DNA from: a bacterium
Lineage (GTDB): Bacteria > Ratteibacteria > UBA8468 > B48-G9 > JAFGKM01
DNA: 64,000 nt
Direction of reading: 5' to 3'
Assembly (NCBI GenBank): GCA_026414725.1
Contig: JAOAIL010000002.1
Coordinates: forward strand, 24,223-88,222
The notes beneath the pieces were generated by a model. That model ran no database searches. It was not told where the DNA came from and worked only from the letters and a program-made list of their open reading frames with translations. Below are positions 1 through 10,440 of the stretch, one piece after another (position 1 is the first letter of the stretch; each line of letters starts with the position of its first letter). Position numbers and translations under genes: made by a program.

Positions 1-407
1 TCAAAATAATATAGTGTAATAACTTCTTTATACTGAAAAGGTAATTTAGCAATTGCATTTCTAACAATTTCTTTTTTATCTGTATCAGATAAAGAGATAT
101 CCTGATAAGATATATTAATTTTATTTATTTTTCTTACAAGTAGATTTTTTTGTCTGTTCTTTCTGAATTTCTTATAAGCAATATTCAGCATTATTCTATA
201 TAACCAGGTATAAAAAGAAGAATTACCACGAAATCGTCTTATACTTTTAAAAGAGGCAAGGTATGTTTCCTGTAAAAGGTCTTCCACTTCTTTCGGACAC
301 ATTGCGAAGGCAGTACTTTTCAGACGATTTTCACAGGAACGGATAAGTGTTGTAAATGCTTCTATATTCCCTTTTTGTGCTTCCCTTATCAGTTCTTTTT
401 CATCCAT
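1..407 (-). CDS. ECF-type sigma-70 family RNA polymerase sigma factor (C-terminus runs off window start)
   Basis: Reverse translation from ATG at 407 reads MDEKELIREAQKGN...ETYLASFKSIRRFRGNSSFYTWLYRIMLNIAYKKFRK, typical sigma-70 region 2. The ATG overlaps the lipA stop. The reading frame is still open at nt 1. Confidence 0.65.
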   Translation of the reverse strand, partial: MDEKELIREAQKGNIEAFTTLIRSCENRLKSTAFAMCPKEVEDLLQETYLASFKSIRRFRGNSSFYTWLYRIMLNIAYKKFRKNRQKNLLVRKINKINISYQDISLSDTDKKEIVRNAIAKLPFQYKEVITLYYF

Positions 408-1252
408 TATTGTATGAGTTGTTCAGCGAGATATGAACTTCTATAAAAAACCCCTGCAAATACATTCTTAAAACCAAGTTTTTTACCTGTATCTTCATAT
501 TCTTTGAACACTTCTTCAGGAATAAACTCTTTTACAGGTACTGCGGACTTTGATGGTCTTAAATACTGCCCGATAACCAGATAATCACAGCCGTTATTTT
601 TAAGTGTATGCATCAATTCTATTACTTCATTTCTACTTTCTCCTAATCCTACCATAAAACCTGACTTTGTAATAAATCCTTTTTCTTTTATTACTTTTAG
701 GACTTTAAGAGAGGTTTTATAATTAGAAGAGGGTCTTATAGATGGATAAAGAGATGGTACTGTTTCAATATTGTGAGAGATTATATCTGGTTTTGCTTTA
801 AAAATTGTTTCTAGATTGTGCTTATTCCCTTGCATATCAGGAATGAGTAATTCAATTTTTATAGTAGTATTTAATTGCTTTATATACTTTGTAGTAATAG
901 CAAACTGTTCGGCTCCTCCATCAATAAGGTCGTCTCTCGTAGGAGAAGTTATTACTACATATTTCATATCCAGTAATTTTATCGCTTTTGCTATATTTTC
1001 TGGTTCCTCTATATCCGGTAAGGTTGATTTATTTAAGGGTAAAACTCCACAGAACTTGCAGTTTCTTGTACATCTATTTCCCAATATCATAAAAGTAGCA
1101 TACCCTTTACAGAAACACTCATAGATATTCGGACAGACAGCATTTTCACAAACGGTATTGATATTAAATCTTTTTAAAATGTTTTTAACCTGTTCACTTT
1201 TACTATTGATAGACACACGTTTTTTTATATTGTCTGGAATAATTGGTCTCAT
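407..1252 (-). CDS. lipA: lipoyl synthase
   Basis: 281 aa. Radical-SAM motif CTRNCKFCGV plus an upstream CxxxxC cluster. Conserved LipA C-terminal region. Confidence 0.9.
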   Translation of the reverse strand: MRPIIPDNIKKRVSINSKSEQVKNILKRFNINTVCENAVCPNIYECFCKGYATFMILGNRCTRNCKFCGVLPLNKSTLPDIEEPENIAKAIKLLDMKYVVITSPTRDDLIDGGAEQFAITTKYIKQLNTTIKIELLIPDMQGNKHNLETIFKAKPDIISHNIETVPSLYPSIRPSSNYKTSLKVLKVIKEKGFITKSGFMVGLGESRNEVIELMHTLKNNGCDYLVIGQYLRPSKSAVPVKEFIPEEVFKEYEDTGKKLGFKNVFAGVFYRSSYLAEQLIQ

Positions 1253-1319
1253 AAAATTATATTAACATAAAGTAAAGATGTATAAAATATGTTAAAATAC
1301 TTCGGAAAAGGAGGTTATT

Positions 1320-1853
1320 GTGGTTAAACCAGATAGATGGATAAAAGAGATGGGAGAAAAGATGATAACTCCTTTTTCACCTGAGAAAGTAAAAAAGGGG
1401 ATTTCTTTTGGTGTCTCTTCGTATGGATATGATTTTATTTTATTTGATGAGTTTCTTATATTTAAAGGGAAGGGACCTGTATCACCTAAAAACTTAAAAG
1501 AATCTGATTTTGAAAAATTTAAAGGGAATATATGTACAATCCCTCCTAATAGTTTTGTTCTCGGTAGAAGTGCTGAATACTTCAGAATACCGAGAAATGT
1601 TATTGGAATCTGTTTTGGTAAATCCACCTATGCGAGATGCGGAGTAATTGTAAATGTAACTCCATTGGAGCCAGAATGGGAAGGACATATTACAGTTCAG
1701 ATTGCTAACCTCACACCTGTAAAAGCAGAAATTTATGCTGGAGAAGGAATAGCACAGGTAATTTTTCTTTCTGCTGAAAAAGAGTGTGAGAAATCATATA
1801 AAGATGCTGCAGGAAAATATCAGGAATCAAAGGGCATTATATTATCTAGATAA
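1320..1853 (+). CDS. dcd: dCTP deaminase
   Basis: 177 aa. GTG start preceded by AAAGGAGG. dCTP deaminase/dUTPase-fold motifs (VTPLEPEWEGHITVQIANLTP, AGEGIAQVIFL). Confidence 0.8.
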   Translation: MVKPDRWIKEMGEKMITPFSPEKVKKGISFGVSSYGYDFILFDEFLIFKGKGPVSPKNLKESDFEKFKGNICTIPPNSFVLGRSAEYFRIPRNVIGICFGKSTYARCGVIVNVTPLEPEWEGHITVQIANLTPVKAEIYAGEGIAQVIFLSAEKECEKSYKDAAGKYQESKGIILSR

Positions 1854-1897
1854 TAGAAATCAGCATATTGAAAAATATGAGTTCTTCGTCTGTAAAT

Positions 1898-2626
1898 CTA
1901 TTTTTTAAGTTCTCGGATAACCTTTTCTACATTAGATATCCTGTCTTCTATATCTGGATGACTGGCAAGAAAGGTTATTTTAAGTGAAGGCGATTTCTTC
2001 TCTATATCTTGCAACTTCCTAAAAAAAGATATCATACCTTCAGGATTATAGTCAGAATAATAGGCATATGTAACTCCGAGTTTATCAGCTCTTAATTCCT
2101 GTTCCCTGCTATACTTTAGCATTGCCAGCGTAAAGGCAGTATCAACTGCCTTCTGGATTGCAGCGCTTCTATTTTTCAATAATATACTGGCTGGTATTGA
2201 ATAAAGCAATGTCTTTTGTAACTGATTAATTCCATCTCTTGCACATATATGACCTATCTCATGTCCAATAATATTTGCTATCTCATCGTTTGATTCCACT
2301 TTCTCAAGTAGTCCTGTATAAAGATAAATGAAACCACCTGGTACAGCAAACGCATTAATCTCTTTATTTTCTATTATTCTTACGGTATATTTTAAGTCAG
2401 GTCTGTCTGATTTTTTACTCACCTTTTCAACAATCTCTTTTATGTAATCAGGTGTTTCTACTACTTTGTTTTCTTTCTGGAGTTTCTTATCTATTGCTAT
2501 TCCCATATCTATCTCATCTTTTTCTGTATATATTGTATATTCTGATTTTTCTGTAACAGGATTATAGTATGTAGCACACCCTGTCAACAAAAACGTAAAG
2601 AGCACAACTATTAATATCCTTTTCAT
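1898..2626 (-). CDS. M48 family zinc metallopeptidase lipoprotein (BepA/LoiP-like)
   Basis: HEIGH zinc motif (IIGHEIGHI) and INAFAVPGG motif. Start is better placed at the internal MKRILIVVLFTFLLTGCAT lipoprotein signal (ATG 2626, GGAGG RBS) than at the ORF-track start 2683, which would overlap mnmE. Confidence 0.75.
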   Translation of the reverse strand: MKRILIVVLFTFLLTGCATYYNPVTEKSEYTIYTEKDEIDMGIAIDKKLQKENKVVETPDYIKEIVEKVSKKSDRPDLKYTVRIIENKEINAFAVPGGFIYLYTGLLEKVESNDEIANIIGHEIGHICARDGINQLQKTLLYSIPASILLKNRSAAIQKAVDTAFTLAMLKYSREQELRADKLGVTYAYYSDYNPEGMISFFRKLQDIEKKSPSLKITFLASHPDIEDRISNVEKVIRELKK

Positions 2627-2636
2627 TCTTCTCCTC

Positions 2637-4016
2637 CTATTTCCCAATACAAAATTGAGAAAATATCTGATTAAGTATCTCATCGGATATGTTTTTTCCT
2701 ATTAACTCATCTGTTTTTCTAATACATCTCTTCAAATACTCTGATATAATGTCTATAGTAACTCCTTTTATAACATTTTGTTTTGTATCCATCAAAATTT
2801 CTCTTATCTCTTTTATTTTACCTTCCTGTCTTATATTAAGAAATATCTCGTCTCCTTTTTCTCCATAACCTTCCTGTATAATACTGTATATTTTTTCTTC
2901 AAGGGTTTCTATGCCATCACCTGTCTTGGCTGATGTGTAAATAATCCTTTCATTCAGAAAATTTTTTTGAAGATACTGCTTCTCAATTTTCTGTAGCAGG
3001 TCTTTTTTGTTTATAATAAGGATATAATTTTTTTTATCTTTTATATAATTAAGCAATTGATGGTCGTACTCATTCAGCTTTTTATTACCATCAAGGACAA
3101 TAAGATTAATCTCTGCCTTTTCCATCCATTCCAGTGCTTTTTTTATCCCCATTTTTTCAATTTTACCTCTTACTTTTCTTATCCCTGCAGTATCTATGAT
3201 ATTTACAGGTATTCCTCTGATATTTATCATCTCTTGAAGTATATCTCTTGTAGTCCCTGGGATTTCGGTAACAATTGCTCTTTCCTCTCTCAAAAGTGCA
3301 TTGAGTAAACTGGACTTACCTGCATTGGCTCTTCCTATAATAGCCACATTTATACCCTGATGTAGTATTTTCCCTTTACCTGCCCGAGAAAGGATGGAAT
3401 CTATATAAGAAATTATTCTCTCTGTTTCAGATAATATCTCGGTATTACATGTTTTTACATCTTCTTCTTCAGGGAAGTTAATTTTTGCTTCAATATCTGA
3501 TATTACCTTGAAAAGCATTGTTCTTATCTCTGCAAGAGCAGAAGAAAAAGAACCTTTAAGTTTTTGTGTAGATATCTCAAGCGATTTCTCTGTCTTACTA
3601 TAAATAATTTCAAGAATACTTTCTGCCTGAATAAGGTCTATTCTTCCATTAAGAAATGCTCTCTTTGTAAACTCTCCTGGTTCTGCCTGTCTGGCTCCAT
3701 TTTTCATACAAAGAGAAAGGACTTCTTTTAATGGAATTAATCCACCATGACATCCAATTTCAGCCATATCTTCTCTGGTATAACTCCTCGGTTTTTTCAT
3801 TACAGTGATAAGAACTTCATCTATTATTCTTTCCCCATCAACTATGTGTCCATAGTAAACTGTATGGGTTTTTACCTCTGATATTTTTATTGTTCTTTTT
3901 GCGGGTCTAAATATTTTTCCAATAATCCTGTATGTATCAGGACCACTTATCCTTATAATTCCTATTCCACTTATTCCTAAAGGAGTTGAAATAGCACATA
4001 TGGTATCTTTCTTCAT
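2637..4016 (-). CDS. mnmE: tRNA modification GTPase MnmE
   Basis: 459 aa. G-domain motifs GRANAGKSSLLNAL and DTAGIR. C-terminal CIGK tetrapeptide characteristic of MnmE/TrmE. Confidence 0.9.
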   Translation of the reverse strand: MKKDTICAISTPLGISGIGIIRISGPDTYRIIGKIFRPAKRTIKISEVKTHTVYYGHIVDGERIIDEVLITVMKKPRSYTREDMAEIGCHGGLIPLKEVLSLCMKNGARQAEPGEFTKRAFLNGRIDLIQAESILEIIYSKTEKSLEISTQKLKGSFSSALAEIRTMLFKVISDIEAKINFPEEEDVKTCNTEILSETERIISYIDSILSRAGKGKILHQGINVAIIGRANAGKSSLLNALLREERAIVTEIPGTTRDILQEMINIRGIPVNIIDTAGIRKVRGKIEKMGIKKALEWMEKAEINLIVLDGNKKLNEYDHQLLNYIKDKKNYILIINKKDLLQKIEKQYLQKNFLNERIIYTSAKTGDGIETLEEKIYSIIQEGYGEKGDEIFLNIRQEGKIKEIREILMDTKQNVIKGVTIDIISEYLKRCIRKTDELIGKNISDEILNQIFSQFCIGK

Positions 4017-4088
4017 TTTTTTGTCCTTATTTGTCAGATAAGTATTTTAACATATATAATTTATAAAATATGGAACTAAAATTATAAA

Positions 4089-4643
4089 ATGGATATAAGA
4101 AAAAACTATCAAAAGGTAAAACTATTCTGTGGGATATTATATGGGAATGAAGATATTGTTGAAAAAACTACAAAGAAACTGATTGAAAAAATAGGTGAGA
4201 TAGACATTACAGCAGGGCCGTTTCCTTTCACTTATACTGATTATTACCATAAAGAGATGGGTGATAATCTGAAAAAACGGCTTATATCATTTAAAAATCT
4301 GGTTTCTCTGGAAGATTCTTTCATATGGAAACATATTACAAACGATATTGAAAAAGTATTTTTTACTACATCAGAATTCCCAAGGAGAGTTAATCTTGAC
4401 CCTGGATATCTTAATCTTTCCCACATAGTTCTTTTTTCAACAAAGGATTTTTATCACAGAATCTATTTAGGTAAAGGAATTTTTGCAGAAGTTACACTCT
4501 ACTTTGAAAAAAAACAATTTGTTTTTTTACCATGGACATATCCTGATTATAAATCAGAAGGATATCTTAAATTTTTTAAAGAATTAAGAAATATCTATAG
4601 GAAACAGTTAAAAGATGAAAATCTGGATAAGGATATTGATTGA
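4089..4643 (+). CDS. conserved uncharacterised protein (DUF4416-like)
   Basis: 184 aa, no recognisable catalytic motif. Resemblance to the DUF4416 family is from memory only. Confidence 0.4.
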   Translation: MDIRKNYQKVKLFCGILYGNEDIVEKTTKKLIEKIGEIDITAGPFPFTYTDYYHKEMGDNLKKRLISFKNLVSLEDSFIWKHITNDIEKVFFTTSEFPRRVNLDPGYLNLSHIVLFSTKDFYHRIYLGKGIFAEVTLYFEKKQFVFLPWTYPDYKSEGYLKFFKELRNIYRKQLKDENLDKDID

Positions 4644-5478
4644 TACTATCATCATTATTATAGCACTTACGGTAATTCTTGGATGGCGAGCAATTATGCC
4701 CGCCAGAATGCCTATCTATCTTATTCCGTCAGATATAGGACTTCCTTATGAGAATATTATTCTTAAAACAGACGATGGGAAAAATCTTAAAGGGTGGTTT
4801 ATCTTCTCCCCAAAATGTAAAGGTATTATTATATGTCTACATGGTTATCCTGCAAACAAGTCAGATATTCTTCCAGTTGTATCTTTTTTATATCCTGATT
4901 TTTCGCTTCTCCTTTTTGATTTTCGTGCACATGGGGAAAGTGAAGGAAGGATTACTTATTTTGGTCTTAAAGAGTTTATGGATGTTAAAGCAGCAATGGA
5001 TTTTATAAAATCAAGAAAAGAAATTAAAAATAAAAAAATGGGTATATGGGGATATTCTTTAGGTGGTGCAGTAGGTATTATTGCATCTGCAAAGTATGAG
5101 GGGATAGATGCTATAGTTAGTGACTCTGCTTTTGCAAATTTTCCAGAAATGGTTACATATTATTATAAAAACTTTGGACCCCTCAAATATATTTTTTCTT
5201 CTTTGTCACGCCTTTTAGGGAGATATGTTTTCGGTACGGATTTTATCAAAAATAGTCCCGAATATTTTGTAGATAAAATTACATCTCCTATAATGATTAT
5301 TCACTCAAAAGAAGATGATTTCGTCCCTTTTGAACATGCACAGCGACTTTTCAACAAAGCATCTCAACCCAAAAAATTATGGCATGTTGAAGGAAAACAT
5401 ACAGGACTTGACCGCGCATTTACATCTGAATATCAGGAGATGGTAAGAAATTTCTTCCTTCAGTATCTTAAAAATTAA
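4615..5478 (+). CDS. membrane-anchored alpha/beta hydrolase (dienelactone hydrolase/peptidase S9-like)
   Basis: 287 aa. N-terminal TM helix, GxSxG nucleophile elbow (GYSLGG), and distal D and H (HSKEDDFVPFEHA). Confidence 0.7.
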   Translation: MKIWIRILIDTIIIIIALTVILGWRAIMPARMPIYLIPSDIGLPYENIILKTDDGKNLKGWFIFSPKCKGIIICLHGYPANKSDILPVVSFLYPDFSLLLFDFRAHGESEGRITYFGLKEFMDVKAAMDFIKSRKEIKNKKMGIWGYSLGGAVGIIASAKYEGIDAIVSDSAFANFPEMVTYYYKNFGPLKYIFSSLSRLLGRYVFGTDFIKNSPEYFVDKITSPIMIIHSKEDDFVPFEHAQRLFNKASQPKKLWHVEGKHTGLDRAFTSEYQEMVRNFFLQYLKN

Positions 5479-5485
5479 AATACAG

Positions 5486-5558
5486 TGGAGGATAAGGGAT
5501 TCGAACCCTTGACACCCAGACTGCCAGCCTGGTGCTCTCCCAACTGAGCTAATCCCCC
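5486..5558 (-). tRNA. tRNA-Ala (anticodon GGC)
   Basis: Reverse complement folds as a cloverleaf: GGGGGAT acceptor, G3:U70 alanine identity pair, anticodon loop CTGGCAG, T-loop TTCGAAT. No encoded CCA. Confidence 0.85.
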
Positions 5559-5687
5559 ATTAAGTTCAAACTCTAAACACTAAATTTATTATAACTTTTT
5601 ATATTCATAAGTCAAAAATAGTAAATTAATTTAATAATTTGAAGACATAAAAGTAAAATAGTAAAATATCCTAAAAAGGGGGAAAGA

Positions 5688-7094
5688 ATGAAGACAGAAA
5701 AAACGACATTTGCATTATTTTTTGGTAATAGAGGTTTTTTTCCAGCATCATTTATGGCAGAAGCAAGGAAAGAACTGACAGATGTACTTACAAAATTAGG
5801 ATACAAAACACTTTTACTTGATGAAAAAGCTACAAGGTATGGGGCTATAGAAACGGTAGCAGAAGGAAAGATTTTTGCAGATTTTTTACGAAAGAATCGT
5901 GGAAAATTCGGTGGTATTATACTATCCCTGCCAAATTTCGGTGATGAAACAGGTGCAGTTGAAGCGTTGAAAGATGCCGGAGTTCCAATACTTATACAGG
6001 CATATCCTGATGAACTTGATAAGATGTCACCTCAATTAAGACGAGATGCTTTTTGTGGGAAATTCTCTATTATGGACGTCTTCTGTCAGTATGGAATACC
6101 TTTTACTGTTCTTAAACCACATACGGTCCATCCTAAATCACCCGTCTTTGCAGAAAACATTGATTTTTTTGACCGCTTATGCCGGGTAGTAAATGGAATG
6201 AAAAATATGGTTGTTGGTGCTATCGGAGCGAGAACAACTCCGTTTAAAACAGTCCGTATAGATGAACTTGCTCTTCAGAAAAAAGGGATTACAATGGAAA
6301 CATTTGACCTTCTTTCTGTGTTTCACAGGATGCAAAATATAAAAACATCTGATAAAAAGACCATTGAAAAAGCAAATATCTACAGCAGTTATGCAGACTG
6401 GAAAGGAATTCCCAAAAAAGCATTTGAGAATCTTGTAAAACTTGCTGTCGTTATTGATGATCTAATTAATGAATATGAGTTTGATGCTATCGCATTAAGA
6501 TGCTGGATAGAAATGCAGCAAGTACTTGGTATTTCTCCCTGTGTAGTACTGAGCGAACTTAATAATAGAGGTATCCCTGCTGCGTGTGAGGTTGATATTG
6601 GTAATGCTGTAACTATGTATGCTCTCTCTAAAGCATCAGGGAAACCATCTGCCTGTCTGGATTGGAATAATAACTATGGAGAATCAGAAAACAAATGTAT
6701 ACTTTTTCACTGTGGACCTGTACCAGCAAATATGATGGTATGTAAGGGAAAAATAACAGACCATGCTATACTATCCAATTCTGTTGGAAAAGGATATGGT
6801 TATGGATGTAATACAGGACGGATTGCATCAGGACCTTTTACATTTGGAAGCATGCTTACTTTAAATGGAGAAATGGAATTTTATCTCGGAGAAGGCAGAT
6901 TTACAGAAGACCCCATACCTGATGACTTTTTTGGATGTGCTGGAGTTGCTGAGATAGAAAATCTTCAGGATGCTTTACAAACCATTGGTTACAGAGGTTA
7001 CAGACATCATACCAGTGTTACATATGGACATATTCTCCAACCGGTTAAAGAAGCATTTGAAAGATACTTAGGATACAGAGTGGTTAAGGTCTGA
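5688..7094 (+). CDS. L-fucose/L-arabinose isomerase family protein
   Basis: 468 aa. ACEVDIGNAVTMYAL resembles the AraA/FucI ACEGD active-site region. Overall size and architecture fit COG2407-type isomerases. Confidence 0.55.
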   Translation: MKTEKTTFALFFGNRGFFPASFMAEARKELTDVLTKLGYKTLLLDEKATRYGAIETVAEGKIFADFLRKNRGKFGGIILSLPNFGDETGAVEALKDAGVPILIQAYPDELDKMSPQLRRDAFCGKFSIMDVFCQYGIPFTVLKPHTVHPKSPVFAENIDFFDRLCRVVNGMKNMVVGAIGARTTPFKTVRIDELALQKKGITMETFDLLSVFHRMQNIKTSDKKTIEKANIYSSYADWKGIPKKAFENLVKLAVVIDDLINEYEFDAIALRCWIEMQQVLGISPCVVLSELNNRGIPAACEVDIGNAVTMYALSKASGKPSACLDWNNNYGESENKCILFHCGPVPANMMVCKGKITDHAILSNSVGKGYGYGCNTGRIASGPFTFGSMLTLNGEMEFYLGEGRFTEDPIPDDFFGCAGVAEIENLQDALQTIGYRGYRHHTSVTYGHILQPVKEAFERYLGYRVVKV

Positions 7095-7139
7095 TATTCT
7101 TAATAGTTTGTAAATCATTTAACAACTTGAAAGGGTTAT

Positions 7140-9050
7140 ATGTCTGGATGTCTTAAAAAATGTTTTATCATCTCCTTTTTGCTATGGAAAGTTATATTTT
7201 CAAAGGACATACCAGAGAATTATATCCCCGTATACTATACAGCCGATACTCTGGAAGTAATATTCAACCAAAATAGAGAGCCTGAGAAAGTAAAACTTCA
7301 GGGTAATGTGAAAATTGTTTTTGAAGACATGATAATAAAATGCGATTCAGGAGAATTTATTAAAACAACAGGGGATGTTATAGCAAAAGGTAATCTTTAT
7401 ATTGAAACATCTGAGGGAACTATTAAAGCAAAAGATATTCTCTATAACATAAATACAGGTAAGGGTATTTTAAACTATGCTGTTTTTTCTTCACCACCTT
7501 TTTTGGGTAAGGCAGAAAAAATAGAAAAAGATGAAGATATTCTTTATCTTATCAATGGATATATAACAACCTGTGATCTTGAAAAACCCCACTACAGGAT
7601 ATCTGCAGGACGCATTAAATATAAAAAAAACGATTATTTTCAGGCACAAAAAATGAAGTTCATCCTCGGCGAAAAATATAGTATATTTTATTTTCCGAGA
7701 TATACTATTGATATGAAAACAAAAGAGCCCATAGTTACTGCTAATCCTTCTTATACTTCAAAAACAGGAGAGAATGTAGAAATTACATTCGCACAGAGAC
7801 CAGGAGGAGCAGAAGCGATAATAAAAGAGCGTATTTTATTAGGCAAGGAGGGTTTTGGAGCAGGTGTTAATATATATTCAAAGTCACAAAGATATAGAAG
7901 TGAGGGCTTTTTTTTTAAGGACTGGTCAGATAAAGATATTGAACCAGCAATCTTGTTAGAATTCCTGAAAAACTATAGTAACTGTTGTGGAAATGGTGCT
8001 TTCCTTATTGACTGGAGATGGATGGATAATAATGAACTTTTTTACAATTTTTTTCACTCTGATTATATAACAAAATCCAAAAAGTATAATTATTTTTCAA
8101 TAACACAGAACTTCAATTATGGAATATTTAACTTTAACTTAAGAAACTCACCAAGGGATGATTTTCTAAATATTGAAAAACTTCCAGAGATACGTTTTTA
8201 TACCCCATCTCTACAGATAGCAGAGAGCCCTGTATTTTTAGAAAACGACTTCCGTTTTACAAATTTTTATAAAGATGATGAGAATTATCTCAGAATAGCC
8301 AATATACTTACATTAAAAGGGTGTAGTGAAATGGGTGTCTTGAAATTTTCTCCTTATCTTTTACTAGGCGGTATTGATTATTCAGAATCGGAAAATAACA
8401 GATTTAATTTTTTAAGAGAAGTAGGAATAGGATTTTCTTCACTTATGAAGAAAGAACATATAAATTTTACTGAATACTTCTCACCCTCTTTAACGTTATT
8501 TCATCGAGAACTTGATTATAAAAAAGGAGAACTTGAATATTTTGACTTTCTTGAAAAAATGGATGAAGGTAGTTTTCTGAACTTTGGGCTGGAATGGTTT
8601 TTCAGGAACCATGATGTTTATACCGGCATGATATCCATAGAAAATTTTTATGATATTGATAACGAAGAATTTGATACTTCCTCTCTAAAATATGACATTA
8701 AACTTACTCCTTATATATATATAGAAGGGAACAATGAATGGGATATAAACGAAGAGAAGTATTTATTTGGAGTTAACGATATAACTTTTAATTCAGGGAA
8801 ATTTAGATATTCTATAGGAAATAGGTATGATGAAGAAAGCAATATCTCTGGGATCGAAGGAAGATTAAGTTATATTATTGACGAATCATTAAAGTATAGT
8901 ATAGGGTTACAGTATGATATTAACTCAGACAATATTTCCAGAGTATCTTTTGACATAAAGCATAGAATACACTGCTGGGAATTAAATATAGGCATATCTG
9001 GAAATGAAGATGACTTCTCAATTTTTATAATGTTATATCCCTTTATTTAA
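7140..9050 (+). CDS. lptD: LPS-assembly outer membrane protein LptD/OstA-like
   Basis: 636 aa. Signal peptide, N-terminal OstA-like beta-jellyroll region, then a long aromatic-rich beta-barrel-like C-terminal region (TTC...YFPRY type motifs). Confidence 0.65.
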   Translation: MSGCLKKCFIISFLLWKVIFSKDIPENYIPVYYTADTLEVIFNQNREPEKVKLQGNVKIVFEDMIIKCDSGEFIKTTGDVIAKGNLYIETSEGTIKAKDILYNINTGKGILNYAVFSSPPFLGKAEKIEKDEDILYLINGYITTCDLEKPHYRISAGRIKYKKNDYFQAQKMKFILGEKYSIFYFPRYTIDMKTKEPIVTANPSYTSKTGENVEITFAQRPGGAEAIIKERILLGKEGFGAGVNIYSKSQRYRSEGFFFKDWSDKDIEPAILLEFLKNYSNCCGNGAFLIDWRWMDNNELFYNFFHSDYITKSKKYNYFSITQNFNYGIFNFNLRNSPRDDFLNIEKLPEIRFYTPSLQIAESPVFLENDFRFTNFYKDDENYLRIANILTLKGCSEMGVLKFSPYLLLGGIDYSESENNRFNFLREVGIGFSSLMKKEHINFTEYFSPSLTLFHRELDYKKGELEYFDFLEKMDEGSFLNFGLEWFFRNHDVYTGMISIENFYDIDNEEFDTSSLKYDIKLTPYIYIEGNNEWDINEEKYLFGVNDITFNSGKFRYSIGNRYDEESNISGIEGRLSYIIDESLKYSIGLQYDINSDNISRVSFDIKHRIHCWELNIGISGNEDDFSIFIMLYPFI

Positions 9051-9062
9051 GAAAGGAGCTAT

Positions 9063-9806
9063 ATGGTTGAAATAAAAAGAAGGGGTGGAAGAAATTTTGA
9101 AGAAATCAGAGAAATGAAAGTATCTAAAGGTATTCTCAAATATGCGTTAGGGTCATGTATGATAGAAATAGGCGATACAAAGGTATTATGTGCTGTCAAT
9201 GTTGAAGATAAAGTCCCGCTTTTTTTGAAGGGAACTGATAGTGGATGGTTAACTGCAGAATATTCCTTGCTTCCTGCTTCTACAAGTGAAAGAGTAGCAA
9301 GAAGCTCCAACCTTACAGGCAGGAGTCAAGAAATACAAAGAATGATAGGCAGGTCTTTAAGAGCTATCCTTGATATGAAAAAAATAGGAGAAAGGACCAT
9401 AATGGTTGACTGCGATGTCATCCAGGCAGATGGAGGTACAAGGGCTGCTTCAATAACAGGTGGTTTTATCGCTCTCGTAGAAGCACTTTCAAAATTAAAA
9501 AAAGCACGACTTATAAAAATCCCTTTACTCCGTGATTATCTTGCAGCAGTAAGTACCGGCATTGTTTATGGCAATAAACTACTCGACCTTGACTATAATG
9601 AGGACTCAGAAGCAAGTGTTGATTTTAATGTTGTAATGACTGGGAAAGGAGAATTTGTAGAGATACAGGGAACCGCTGAAGGATATCCCTTCACAGAAAA
9701 AGACATGATGGATTTATTACGGATAGCCAGTGAGGGAATTAAAAAGATTATAGATATACAAAAAGAGATTTTGAAAGATGATATTGAACTTTTACTTGGC
9801 AACTAA
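9063..9806 (+). CDS. rph: ribonuclease PH
   Basis: 247 aa. ADGGTRAASITGGFIAL phosphate-binding motif. Full-length similarity to RNase PH. Confidence 0.9.
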   Translation: MVEIKRRGGRNFEEIREMKVSKGILKYALGSCMIEIGDTKVLCAVNVEDKVPLFLKGTDSGWLTAEYSLLPASTSERVARSSNLTGRSQEIQRMIGRSLRAILDMKKIGERTIMVDCDVIQADGGTRAASITGGFIALVEALSKLKKARLIKIPLLRDYLAAVSTGIVYGNKLLDLDYNEDSEASVDFNVVMTGKGEFVEIQGTAEGYPFTEKDMMDLLRIASEGIKKIIDIQKEILKDDIELLLGN

Positions 9807-10365
9807 AAATATAAACAAGGTATTAGAAATACAAGATATACTGAAAAATACAGGGATAAAGGTTAAGCCCGCACCTGAAGATATTGTTTTTCCTGAAGAA
9901 ACAGGAGAGACATTTAAAGAGAATGCTCTTATAAAAGCACGTCATCTTAAAAAATTTATAGATGCTCCTGTAGCAGGAGAAGATTCAGGACTTATTGTGG
10001 AAAAATTAAATGGACTCCCTGGAATCTTCTCTGCAAGATTTGCAGGAGAACCGATTGACGACAGAAAAAATATAAAGAAATTACTTGATTTACTTTCACC
10101 TTTCAAGGATATTAGAGAGAGGAAGGCAAAATTTATCGCAGTAGTAGCATTGATTGACAACAATGAAGAAAAAATTTTCACAGGAGAAGTGAATGGTATC
10201 ATAACTTTTACTCCACGAGGGAATAATGGTTTTGGATATGATCCGATATTTGAGATCCCAGAAACAAATAAAACATTTGCTGAACTAACGATGGAAGAAA
10301 AAAACAAGATAAGCCATAGAGCAATTGCTTTCAATAAACTTGCAGATTATCTTCTTAAGAGGTAA
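9778..10365 (+). CDS. rdgB: non-canonical purine NTP pyrophosphatase (RdgB/HAM1)
   Basis: 195 aa Maf/Ham1 fold (ATKNINKVLE..., SHRAIAFNKL). Overlaps rph by 29 nt, the usual rph-rdgB coupling. Confidence 0.85.
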   Translation: MILNFYLATKNINKVLEIQDILKNTGIKVKPAPEDIVFPEETGETFKENALIKARHLKKFIDAPVAGEDSGLIVEKLNGLPGIFSARFAGEPIDDRKNIKKLLDLLSPFKDIRERKAKFIAVVALIDNNEEKIFTGEVNGIITFTPRGNNGFGYDPIFEIPETNKTFAELTMEEKNKISHRAIAFNKLADYLLKR

Positions 10366-10440
10366 AATAATTTTTTAGACATCCAGTTAAAAAGATTAAA
10401 CAGATTAAAACTTGATTTATTGTTTTGAGTTTATATTATG

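Noticed and set aside
1-3. Apparent stop (TCA = reverse TGA) at the very start of the window for the sigma-factor gene
   Set aside because: It is out of frame with the ATG at 407. The ORF is still open at nt 1, so the gene is truncated by the window edge rather than complete at 135 aa.
816-1124. 102-aa plus-strand ORF inside lipA
   Set aside because: Antisense shadow ORF.
10412-10439. TTGATT-16-TATTAT promoter-like element directly abutting tRNA-Met
   Set aside because: Its -10 ends only 1 nt before the mature tRNA 5' end, so a transcript from it would start inside the tRNA. It probably reflects an AT-rich context rather than the functional promoter.
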